DNA of 64,000 nt from Ophelia neglecta (taxonomy: Eukaryota), in contig OZ260662.1 of assembly GCA_965285935.1 (NCBI GenBank), positions 41,168,001 to 41,232,000 on the forward strand, in the 5' to 3' direction. The notes under the pieces are model-generated. The model ran no database searches. It saw only the letters and a program-made list of their open reading frames with translations, and was not told where the DNA came from. Positions within the stretch are counted from its first letter, which is position 1, and every line of letters begins with the position of its first letter. Both the position numbers and the translations under genes were made by a program. Shown here piece after piece: positions 13,901 to 26,400 of the stretch.

Positions 13901-16900
13901 AGAATTTAGCAACAGAAGAACGGAAATTCATTCTTTTGGTAAAGTGGATGGTCTTTAAGAAGAACGAAACGTTTACTATCTCTTTTCCCCTTGGGGTGCA
14001 TGCTTCCCAAGGTAACGTAAAGGACTATAACTTAAGAAGGTTTTATTGAATAATTGCAATTTCCACCGCTGGATGGACATTTCCGCGGTATTATCACCGA
14101 CCATCGCCACGGGAGTGGATTGTTTTGTTCTAACTATGCTAGTGCACCATAAAAAGTCTATAATCAGGTTGATGAAATGGAATTCCTACCTTTTTACGGG
14201 TATCTTCAGTATTCACGCGTTTGGCAACGAACTGGATGCCATCTAATCCCTTGGATACTTGAGGGGGGTATTTAGCCTTCCTCCGCTTGGTGCAGGCGTC
14301 ACAATACGCCGCCTGATCCGAGTTCTGGGGTTCAATCCCGATGAAGGACTGTGTCAGCCCCTCCCCGCTCTCATCGGACATCAAGAGAGGAATCATTTTA
14401 GTTTTGTAAGGATTCTCCAAATTGGACATATCACTCTGACCAGGATCCCAGTCTATTTCTACATCGTCCGTCTCAATTTCTGGTCTCTTCATGAAAAGTA
14501 TTTTGGGTAACACCTCCAGAAAGAACCATTTTGTGAGGCGAGGCATCCCATGGGTGCTACTGCCACGGTATTTGACATTGAGAACAATGACAGAGGAAAA
14601 TACTGATATGGACACTAAAATGTTAGTAAACAGAATATAGGCCCCCATCAGAGGAGTAGCAGTGCTAGTGGCGGGAACCAGTTCCATCAGCAAAAGTTGG
14701 AACAGCGACAAAGACAGCAGTATTGAGATACAAATGCTGATCTTTTCCCCACAGTCACAGGGCAAGTAGAACCCCAATAATGTCAACATGTTTATGGATA
14801 CACATGGAATGATCAAATTGATTGAATAGTACAAAATTTTTCTCCGTATAGTGAAATTGAAGGTAATATCCGGGTACGGTTCAGCACAGCACGGATAGGA
14901 CTTGATATTTTTCCTAGCGGGGACAGTCAGCAGATCCCACTCGACGCTCCGGTAGTAATCCGCCAGGTCAATGGCGTTTTCGATCAGCGCAGTCTCTTCA
15001 GTGCCTAGCTCATGCTTAATGTGCTTCAGATCAACCTGTAAATGAAAAAGGAAAACCTTCAAATGATGATTTATTAAATTTTCAAAGAACGGATTTTATT
15101 TGGTTTTGCCCCTACAGTTAAAATCTGAACCAAATATCGAGTAATGTAATTGAAGCCAATGCAGACAATTATAAACGTATTTTTACGATACATTAACTGT
15201 GACTGACAAGTTCAATTTGGTCATGTGCCATCGGGCCGCGGGCGCCCTATCAAGCGTTTATAACATCCTCTCTTGATCAGGGTAAATATGTCCTGAAGGT
15301 AGGCCTATTCTGGGATTGCGCAAAACCTTTTGATTCCATTATCCACACCAGTCTTATTTTTAAATTACAATTCAATGGATTAAGAGATTTACATTGAAAT
15401 GGCTCAGTAGTATATAACTAGAAAGAACAAAGTTCGTTGAAAGTTAATGAGACATTCTCATCGAAGCGAATTTTGAAATAAGGAGTACCACAAGGGTTCA
15501 CTTTAGGCCCTTGCCTTTTCTTACTGTATACTAATAACCTGAGTGATACAACTTCTACACTTTGACTAGTGTGTTTGCGGATCATACTAATGTAATCATC
15601 CAGGGAAAATATATTACTAATATGGTTTTACAATTAAATTTAAATTATGGCTCATGACTAATCGATTGTCGCGAAATATCATAACACATTCATTGTTATT
15701 GATTACCAATTAAGAGTGAAAAAACGAAGCAACAATGTTGCTGTTAATTACCGAAATGTAAAAAATTACACTGTTTTGTCTACTAAATTTTGAAGAGTAA
15801 TAAAAGATAATCAGTTGAATAGGGCTCAAAAATAGTCATCATGTCTCTGTAAGAATTAAGAGCATTGACACTATAAAAAAGAGAACAAGTATAAATTAAT
15901 CAATGCAACTATATTGAATTTTTACTAGTAAACATGTGAGGGGCACATGGCGGTATGATGTCGTTGCACTAATTATTAGCACATTGCTGTCAGAAGCCTT
16001 GGTTTTTCACCGTTATTCCTTCATAATAAGGACAGCCCAATTTGCCATTAATCATCGAGCTGGGGGCGCTAAGAACTGGATGAACTCGTGGGAGGAAAAT
16101 GCATGTTCATGGGCACATTAAATAGATAATTGGCATGGAAGTCAACATTTCACAGCACCCCTTTTTATGAATTAACAGGTAATTGACGATGCTGTCTGGC
16201 AGACAATCTTCTAATGCAGGAAAATAAAATAAATCACCTTGAGCAGTTATTGGTTCAATAATTATCAGCATTGGTGTATGAAGTATGAATAGACCTTAGT
16301 GTCGTTGTGTAAACCAACTACAATAAGGAACGCAAATATATTTAACATAAAATGGAATTCAATAACGCTGATTCGGTCGACGTATTTTTGCAAAGCATCC
16401 ATCAAGTAGATGCAGGCAATGACAGGGAGCATATGGCAATAAAATATTGCAGAAACCAAAAGCAAACGTAGTTAAAACGAAATAAATAGAGGAGAATGGT
16501 GGTGCAGGCATACAGCGTCGGTGGCTAGTTGTACTTCTCAGAATGCTGAAGCATATTAACCCATAATCCTATTGACCAGTTTAAATCTCCGCTATATATG
16601 TTGAAATAGCAATATATCTCTTTTTCGAGCACCTGTTGGTCACGCAAGACGTATGAGCTAAGGAAGATCTGCCCTGCTTTGACCAAAATGGAGTAACACC
16701 GACCTAAAGTTAAGGTTTCTAACCTTTTACTGTGTGCCATGCAAAAAGTTTATTAACCACAATCAGTCAAAATAAATGCACCAGTTTATAGATGCTGTTG
16801 AGCATGACCTCTTAATTGTCTTTTCATTTTTAAAAATAAGTCAAATATGTTTTTTTTTTCGGGGGAACACTGTCATTTTTCCAGAGTGAGTCATAATATG

Positions 16901-19900
16901 TAGATTTATTCCTGGTATACTGGGCGAGGGCTAATATCATGTTGACCAGGTGATAAAATATTATATTACATGGTCAAAACCATGTTCAGACCAAATATAA
17001 TCTACTTATTATGTTTTATGCGGAAAACTACGTCTTTGCGCCGAGAATACACGGCAATTGACGCAGCTGGTGCGCACTAAAACCAGCATGAAAATATAGT
17101 AATCATATTTGAGACAATTTAGTAGTCTCATTCATTGGTTATTAATGTTACATCTAAGTCATCAATCAAATATTTCAAATGGACATCGATCATGAATTTT
17201 AGTCGTTAACTAGCTATTATGCTATGAATGAACTAAATATATTGTTTTATCCTTAACAGATGAAGCCAATTTCGAGTTTTGGATAAAATGATCGGAGTTC
17301 ATATGAATAAAGACAGCAGTATAGAAAATAACAAATATGTTCACGATAATCATTACACAAGCGACACACACTATTCGATACATATTTCCCCATCTCAGGA
17401 GATCTATATCTCTAAACCTAGGGTTTTGTACTCTCCCTAATTTTTTATAATAAATAATTTCTTTAAACAGCAATAAAAATATAAACGGTGGAGTAATTAT
17501 ATATACATTGGCACTCTTTGAAAAGACTATATCTAAATCAAAATTCTCTGCAAGTCACATTATGGCATATGTTGTAGTATATTTACGCAAACCGTCCATC
17601 CCAGAGTGTTTGAGGATGAGATGTCATGGGTGGCCATGTCATATAAAATATCAGCGTTGCCATAGAAATATCGATATTGGCCCTGTACGCTAATATCTTC
17701 CTCTAACACTTATATTTCAACCGAGGACGCGTTTATAGTGGGTAATAACACAGCAAATAACACCGTGACCATGTAATAATGATGGATACTGCAATTTGCT
17801 ACAGTAAATGACAAGTTTACAGCCATTTACCAGAGAATTATGGAAGTTACACTAACAGACATCGGCAACATAGTTTAATACACTGGTCAAGAGCAGCATC
17901 TTATGTCTTAACATTGTCAAATTGCATCAAAACTATCTTAGAATTTGGAAAAGGCAGTTTAATAAAGAAAATACAACAAAGAGCGGCAAATCTTAACAGT
18001 GGTCGACAGCAGTTAAACGTCTTAAAGCTGTATGCCACAACGTAGGGGCCTTTACAAACATACTATTCTGGCAGTTACTGATGTTCACCATAATGAAAAT
18101 GGCTGGTGTGTGTGCTGGTGGGAACTGCTGAAGACAAAAAAAAAGGGGGGGGGGGGTCTTCCTTCATACATAGAATATCGGAAGAAAACAAATTGTCCTT
18201 TTTATTGCTTACTGTCGTGTGTTAGATCTGGACAGTGTTGGTATGAAACACTCACTTTAAAACCATCGTAGGTCCAAGAGCCGAACTTAAGGATGCACTC
18301 TTGTTGATCAAATGGGAAGTACTGTACTTCGATATTACATTGACTTTTGTAGATGGCCGGAGGCTCCCATCTGACTTGGCCATGCCAATTCAGTGTCGCT
18401 TTCGTCATCATGGTCACGGTGTAGTCACCATCGGCGCTGCAAGAAAGTTACAAGACATTAGTCTTTTAGCATCCTGGTTTGAAAAAAGGGGATATTACTG
18501 GTAGACATGTTGAAAGCATTAAGAAATATTATGTCAAAGAAAGCGATTAGGCTGAACACAAACAAGGGAATCCCCCTTATAATCATCATTCATCTCTCAT
18601 TATAATCATTTTTGTTGTTATGATGTTTAGTAGGCCCACATTTTCTTTTTTATATCTATACAGACAGCTGTTTAGCCACTTTTAAACAAAAAGGAATCTT
18701 GCCTTCTCGCAAACAAATGATCCAAGTAAAGTCGTATCTCACAAGATACTAGGCATATAACACAGACATTATCTCCACTTGAATAGTTTGACTTATATGA
18801 CTAGCCATTTTGTGCCGAACTTCCTATATGGTTCCCTTGTTAACATGTATAGGACTATAGAAATACAAAAACTGGCGCTCCATACTGAAAAATGCATGTG
18901 ACAAGGCTGATATTGCCCGCCATACAACAGAATACAAGGCCCTAAACATGGGACCATGTGCGGAACTCTAGTTACTTACCAATAAATTATGCAATCTGAT
19001 CATGACATTAGCCTTTGCTGATTTAACTGCATTTCTAACGTCCCCATTTGGTTTACAACATGATTTGCCCAACTGAAAACCCTGCCATACTTATTGCAAA
19101 CTGCCATATTCTTGATCTCACTTGATTCCCCCATACCAGAGATGAATATACTCCAACTAGAAATCAGAAAACTGCCTTACTCGCGGTTCATGCTCCCAAT
19201 AAATCATTACGTTTTGTATGGACTAGGCCTATATAATATGTACAAAACATGTCTGCACACCCCGCTTGCCTTTAGCTGATGCCCACTTTTGCCTCTTTTT
19301 AGTTTGAAAAAGATCATTTTCTCTAAAACCTTAAGCCGTGTGGTGTTTTTTTCAGTGTAGTGCTTGTAAACAAGTAAATCTGATTGATCCATTCATGGTA
19401 TTCCTGCCACTAAGACGTATTGGGGAAGGCAAATTCCGTTGGTGGCAGAAGTGCGTTTACCGAAGCTCTTAATCAACAAAAGAAATTGAAAAGGAAATTT
19501 AATCTTCTGACAACATTCCATGACTCTTTGGCAATTCTTGTCACAATAAGAATTCTAACGGGCCTATATAGGCCTATATCTGTTTCCGCTAGAACCATCT
19601 CCATGGCTATAACTATCCATTCAGGTTTGATTTAGAAGTAAAAGTATCTGATCTGCGCCGAGTAAAGATGGTGATTAATGATTTGATCCAAAAGCAATAT
19701 TTGAGTAGTTGGCTTCAATTGTATAAATATCTTTTTCCATTTGACAAATTCAGCCTCGTGTCTACTTTATATTGGTTGGCATGAACACTCCTGTGCCTGT
19801 AACAGAAGGATATCATTCTCTGGAGTTCTGACAAACCAATCGAGATACCTCAATCAGTCCATAAAGCAAAACTTTTCTAGTTATATGGTCAGCATTTTGT

Positions 19901-22900
19901 TTTCGAAATTACTCCTTAAGGCAAATACTAGGTCTGTAATCGCTTCTGATAGGCTAACAAAAAATCCCACTGGCACTCTGTGTCTGAGGACTGTTTATAC
20001 ATGTATCTGGAAATTCATGCCAACGGAGTTGTTCAGTGAAGGTTCTATTTGTTCTTCTCCATGTGTTCTTTGGGGTTACCGTGGAGACGACTGAACGGTA
20101 GAGAGGAAGATTTAAATAGCTCGGAATAGTCTTCAGTAAATTCAGGACTAGGTGTTAATTCATCTCACTGTTCCTCGGCGTCAGGGGAATGTAGGCGCTC
20201 TCTTAGCTTAATTACTATTAAAAAATGGTGTTAGATGAAGACATGTCAATATTCCTCCTTTAATTTGATCGCCTTCATCTTGTCATGATAATGAAATTGC
20301 GACCTTGTGGCAAGTGCCATTTGTCTCTTTAGCATTTTTGCGGGCGGTAATTACCAGAATGCATAATAAAGCTTTTGGCATTAGAATTGCTGTGGATTTA
20401 ATAGCTTTTGGTTACTACTGTTCGCAACCAGCTCCAGGCAGGAAACCAAACGATAGCTCGCCAGAAATTGTCGGCTCCGATTGTTTGTCTTGGTTCCGAT
20501 GGCAGACGATCTGTCCACTTAAACCATCGGCAAGTGTTTGAAGAGTACACACCCAAGGACTAATAATCGGTGAACACCTACACCAATTTGACCGGTGCAG
20601 AAATAAACGAAAGATGAGTGGAACAAGAATGTGCATACAGCTATTCAGAAACTTGGTTTGGGAAGAGGTTTCTTTCAAATCAAAGAGTGAATAGAAGAAA
20701 TGATTGCCTGGGGATATCCCAAGTACATGCATGTTCGGCTTTTCGGCCGCAAATTAAAAGCGTTCATGGCTCAGATGGCTTAGTAAGAACAATGTCGCCA
20801 ATTGATGATGTGGAATGTTTTAGTCCAATTAATTTCTGTGCCGCCCAGAAAACTTTCAATCCAGGACCTTAACATTTGGACCTATAAATATATAAACTGG
20901 TTTATTATCTTTTTACTGCCCAAATATCTAGGCTCCATGGATCGATAATACTGTATGCTGTCTGCCTTTTCCATTATTATGTATAATGTGGTAAAGCGAA
21001 GGTTCAATATATATCGCCAGGGGGGAAAATGTTGATATTGATTCATCACCCTGGTTTATTCGCCCCCCCCCCCTTCATCCCTTCCCCCATTAAGCAGCTA
21101 GCGACCTATTTGTTACCCCCACCCCCAGATCAACACAAATTACACGGGATGCTATGATTTTATCAGACCCCGACCCCAACCGCCTCACACCAGGAAGTTT
21201 TGGTAGCGTCAAAATGATTTATAGGTTAGAAAAAGGCGTTCCTTTTGATTCTTAAAGGGGGTGCGATTTTTTGTGTGGTTTTATCGCCACAAGTGTTTTT
21301 CTTGTTCAAAATGTTCGTCTCACTCAAATGTATACCCTCTCCCCCCCCAATCCCCCCCCCAAAAAAAATTTCATATAAAATGCAAGGGCAATGTTTAATT
21401 ATGTCACAGTTGCTTCCTTTATTTCTTATTGATCTCTACCTATTGCCAGGAGTTCTGAGGAACTACTTTCAGGTCCTACTTGGCACCTCTTATGAAACTA
21501 TATTAAACCTACAATTCTTGTGATAAGTCAGTTATTGAATAACCTTCGTCTGAGGAATGAATACTAAAATTTCGGACCTTTAGCAAACATTTTCAGTTTT
21601 GTAGACTTAATATTTCAACAAGTTAAAGTTATTATGAAGTGATTTTAGGAAGGTGCTATCATATGTTCCGGCTTCATTTTAATTCATTTTAAAACTCAAA
21701 TATGCAACAAGACAATCACACCAGTTACATAGAATCAAAGTTTAAACCTTACAGTATTACTTGACATTAATACATATTATATATAATATAATAAAGAAAA
21801 ACAAAACCAATTACTTCATCCCCTTGGATCCCTGGAATATATTAGACATGATATTATAGATTGTATCTCTACCCTGGATTTTTCTATATATAGTCCTAGT
21901 ATAGGCCAACAAGCCTGAGCAGGGCCTAATATAGGCCTATAGGCCTATAGCCCTATTAATAGGCAGGGCCTAAAATATAGGCCTATAAATAGGCCTACTT
22001 AGGATCGATCGGTAATGACATGGGAACTGACTTACTTATTGTAGAGGACTATATCTGGCAGCCATAATGCTGTGGATGGGACATAAAGCTTGGTCACCCC
22101 TCCGTACTCTACGGGCTCCCACCGTAAACTATGATCGTCCCATTCCTGAAAAGTCGAGAGATGAAAGGTCAGCGGCAGATTTATTGGATAAATACGCAGG
22201 TCGGTAGCAACCATTGCGCTCCCTAAATGACCACCATTTGTCTCTCCTATTTTAACAGCCAGATATTTATCTTGCATAACAGCGACGTTAGTAGATTTAT
22301 TACGCCGGTTCTGTGTTCAGTGTTCTTTTTATCTACACGACACTGTGATTTGTGCAAGGACCACGCCGGGTCAAACGGCATGGCAATATTGACTGAACGC
22401 CAACAGCCAACTATGAGGTCTTAAACAATACATACAAGAGCACCGTGAGTCTAACAGTTTGAAATAAGGCAGCGATTACCTTTTATTAAAAGTTTGGCCT
22501 GAACAAAATACGGACATTATTTCCGGGACATTCATTCTATTGCAATATTACACCGTACTGGTTTTAAGGTAAATAATTTCAAGTTTGATTATTGGTAAAA
22601 TTGCTTGAAATGAGCGACTTGCCTGTATCACCCACATATTGGTGGAGACGATTTCATTCTTCTCGTCCTATAAAAATCACGAGGAGATGGTTATGGTTAG
22701 ATGTCTGTATTGATTTTTTTGGCATGCTTTGACGCGTTTTCGTCCGAGCGTATTAAAGGTGATTATTTTATCACCGAAGTTCAAGTTTGGCTGAATCAGA
22801 TGATTAATTGACAAGATAAGACAAGGAGAAGTGAAAATGGCTGAATTTGTTTCAAATATGACTATAATTGAGACAAAGTGTTTTTAATAAAAAGCCATTT

Positions 22901-23451
22901 TTACTCGTGAGAGTCCAATGGACACTGGGATTTAAAATTTATTGCGCCTTCTTTTCAAATCTCGATGTATTTTCCTTCATCACTGAACATGTCAAAGGAC
23001 AATCAGGGAAGGGCGCGAGTACAGACATGATAAATTGCGTCTGTCTTTATATGAAAGCGAATTTAAGATTAGAAAATTGAAATATGTATTCAAACAGAGA
23101 CGATTTCTCTCAAATAGATCATTGGTTTGCACAAACGTAAATAGAATTTATTTTGTGGTACAAGTGATCTTCTGATGTTAATTTAATTGGGTGTCTTACC
23201 ACGTCGACTAGCTGGGATAGCTTAAGGCCGAGCTTAACAGTCAGAGTGTCAGAACTGTTAGGCACCGGTCGGATCAGTCGGTTATATTTGCTCTTCATGA
23301 GCAGATCGTCGTATAATCTTTTAGCATCGTGGTTCGGTTGACAATATGGGAAAAACTGGAACAGGAGCAAGCAGGCCAGAGACAGACAGCCCCGCATTGT
23401 AAACTTGACTGACCACCATTTCATCCCGACAGCAATCCAACTTCTTGCCAT
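10770..23451 (-). CDS. Nicotinic acetylcholine receptor alpha subunit (gene A), 6 coding exons, about 527 aa
   Basis: Spliced exons (252+45+110+181+846+150 nt) give one open frame: signal peptide, [12 protein letters not shown], loop [14 protein letters not shown], Cys-loop [15 protein letters not shown], loop B WTYD, loop [10 protein letters not shown]1-M4 and GEK before M2. All intron phases are compatible. Confidence 0.96.
14190..15035 (-). CDS. nAChR gene A coding exon 5 (loops F and C, M1-M3, cytoplasmic loop)
   Basis: tttacAG|VDLKH...[13 protein letters not shown]...DTRKK|GTagga; 846 nt, phase 0/0. Confidence 0.96.
15311..15830 (+). mobile_element. Decayed LINE RT fragment (CR1/L2-group-like) in gene A intron 4
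   Basis: Remnant motifs: a KAFD-like segment near 15320, [19 protein letters not shown] at 15482, FADHT at 15574 and a KFLG..DN.LNW-like segment near 15790. Multiple stops and frameshifts. Confidence 0.75.
18256..18436 (-). CDS. nAChR gene A coding exon 4 (Cys-loop, loop B)
   Basis: ttgcAG|c [13 protein letters not shown]...[28 protein letters not shown]|GTgag; 181 nt. Confidence 0.96.
21900..21998. repeat. Cluster of TAGGCCTA/AGGCC palindromic motifs
   Basis: Four exact TAGGCCTA (21932, 21940, 21978, 21990) plus degenerate copies within 100 nt. Confidence 0.8.
22036..22145 (-). CDS. nAChR gene A coding exon 3 (loop A)
   Basis: tttcAG|[36 protein letters not shown] aa|GTaagt; 110 nt, the typical nAChR exon size. 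Confidence 0.96.
22623..22667 (-). CDS. nAChR gene A coding exon 2 (loop D), followed by a GC splice donor
   Basis: tttatAG|[15 protein letters not shown]|GCaagt; 45 nt, matching the paralogous gene B exon. Confidence 0.92.
23200..23451 (-). CDS. nAChR gene A coding exon 1 (signal peptide, N-terminal helix)
   Basis: MARSW...[33 protein letters not shown]...LKLSQLVDV|GTaaga. There are three in-frame Met, so the true start is uncertain. A strong acceptor (ttattttcAG) at 23487-23488 implies an upstream UTR exon. Confidence 0.92.
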
Positions 23452-26400
23452 CGCACACTTAATACATCTACCGGCCCCGGAAATCTCTGAAAATAAGAAA
23501 AGGACAGTGAGTGTAAATCAAAAGGCATAGAGCTTTGTATAACAACTTGGTATATCGATTCATACGACCAGTGCACTCGTCGAGAATTGTAAATTATTGC
23601 TATAAAGAATGCAGTCAACAGGCGTTCCATTCATTTGCGAGGCATGCCAATGGCCTAAGCTGGCCAAGTCTACATCGCCCTTCCACCCAGACTCCTACAT
23701 TGCCCCTTCAGACTAAAGCCGTTAAAGATGCTTAATGGTGTATGTGTAGCAGCATGTTCCAATCCAAGGCTTATTTAGCCGTCTGTAAGTAATATCTTAC
23801 CATGTACATATCATCCCTTCATGTAATCAGATAATCTTTGTATTTGACAAGGCTTGGCATTTGTCTTAGGGCTTCTTTATACAAAGACTGTTGGCAATCG
23901 GGTTTCATCCGCCATGATATGCTAGCGCCAAACACGTCATCTCCATCGCGTTCTCGAGCACAGATCAAGAGCAATCATGCTTGCCTTCATTTCCTGTCGT
24001 CTGCTATCTTTTGATGGTGGGTTATTGTACAGGAGCAATAACCGACTACTCAGCTATTGAGCGGGTGTCATCCGCCCGATAGCCCTCTGGACCTTCATCT
24101 GTCTTGACTATTTGCCGTACGGTTTTGTTCGTTCATTGCTCTTTAAATTCTCACTAAACTCCAGACAAAGTCACCAGAGAAATAATGTGGCGTCAACCAA
24201 TTTCTTTCGAGAAAGAAATGCGGCATTGTGTTAGACGGTGAATGTAGTGGCCGGCTCCCGATATAGGAAGAGAACATTATGAATCAAATCTCCCGCTCCA
24301 AGTATTGTCGATAGAACTAAAGCTGGCAACAAACTGGCAAGGCCATCTGAATGTATGGGTGCCTAGGGTAACCTGACTAAGTGATGCAGTTAATCATGTA
24401 TTTGCGTCGGCATTTACTATGACTTTGACAGATGTCGTGGACATTCTGAGAGGACAGCCGGATCAACGCAAGTCATTACAAACGAAATCCTATGAACTCA
24501 GAGCAGACAATAGTCTGGTCAATGTGATCAACAATCACTCCATCAACAGTCCTATCGAACTGCCCATACGCCGCCTTCAATCCAGACCCCCTCAAGCTAT
24601 CAAATATAAAAATGTTGCATGACCAAATTCTGTAAGCTCCTGTATTTACAGTTAGATGATCATTGTTGTTGCTAGCCTACAGGCAATCATGTAAATATTA
24701 ACACTGAGTAACTATGGGACCGGACCGTGGCCATGTAATGTAAAGTGATAGGTATATCATGTGCTACAGGGTCTGTATTACCAGGGGAGGTGGCGGGCAA
24801 TGTGTCTTCCACCGGGAGTGTGTGAGCTGGCCCGGTCCCGAAGGACCCTGCTCAGAATACATTGGCCAACATTGTCGGTTGCTCGAGACCCGCCCAATGA
24901 TGTGTGGTGGAGAGCCCTAGTCGGTAAACGGCCACTTGATGCTCTCTCGGCTAAGCCGTACTGGACCAGTTAACGAGAGTCATCGAGGACCAGAGCAATG
25001 CCCCACCAATCGCCTCGATAACTTGCTTTGACTCAAATTAATTTATCGATCTAACATCTCTGTCGATTAGATTGAATCTATAATGAGAGGCTAAGAACCC
25101 AGAAACTACTCCGATGATAGGCTGGCATATGTCGACCATTGTGAAGCCTTCAAACCTATCGGTTACCCGGGCCCAACAGATGACATGGCTGTGGAACAAA
25201 TCGGAAATTTAGGGAGGTCCGATCACAACCGCTTTGTTCAGGCACTGTAAGAGCCCCGAAACTGAGTCGAGCTAAGGGGGGCGCACGCATTCTTCTGACA
25301 GGATATTGCATTTCAGTTTGGCAAAGAAATCGGAATTTGATAACGGAGCATTAGACCTGCGCCCTTAATGTAAAGAACGCCGAAGGCACTTACGAGGAAA
25401 GTCAGTTTGCCCATGTTTCTGCACAATGCCGCAATGGGGCTCGTTTACTAGGACCGGGGTTGATAAAATGACTGTCGATCTTTAACCCGTTCAGCAAACG
25501 AAGCTATTACTGCACCAAGGGAGAAAATGTAATATATTACCCTGCCTATAATCGCTATTCTCTGTCACAAGCTAGTAGCATGCAGCTTTTTGTATGTACG
25601 CTTCAGCGGCGTAGCTGGGAATTTCGGGGGAAAATTGGCCGCGTTAAATCTGGAGTGGGGGTCACCACGTGTCATGCATGACCAATAAATTGTCCCAAGA
25701 ATCTATGCCCCGGGTCCCTCGCGAGGCACAGCATCCAGGCTGAACCAGAAAGACTCAACCACTGGGAAATCAAGCCCTGCGCATGCTCATGGTGAAAAAG
25801 ACTAAATTGGGTTCTGATTTGCCAAACCATGTACATATAATATGGTCTTGAAGCATGATACTTGCACCATGCAAAGACTTGTTGATTTATGATCCGAGTA
25901 TGAAATAACACTGCATAGTTGACGCATAGTTGGGAATAATCTATACCCTTTATAAATAGTCTTATAGTCTAAGAAAGATTGGAGATTAGGTATTCAAATA
26001 AATAAGGTTGGTCCTGTCTTTGGAACAAATTGTGTTCCCGGATTGAAACGGCTAAAATCTAACTAAAATAATTTGTTTGATTAAAACGGCAAAAATATTA
26101 CCAAAATGATATCTATTAGGCCTATAGTGTTATAATCCCGCATGATTGTCACAGCATCTTGGCAAAATTCATAAATTCATACAAGATTTGATCACACAAT
26201 TGATCTATTTTTGTCTTTGGGTAAGTTTTCTACATTATAGCGTTGGACCTACAATTTCATTAGAATGATATATATGACAAGTCTTACCGAAGCTGCTTCC
26301 GGACTGACAGGGGTAACTGCTTCATTAAGGCATCAGAACATGTACGATTATTGAGCGACTATAGGCCTACCATACAGACATTTTGTTTGCTCCAATAGTG

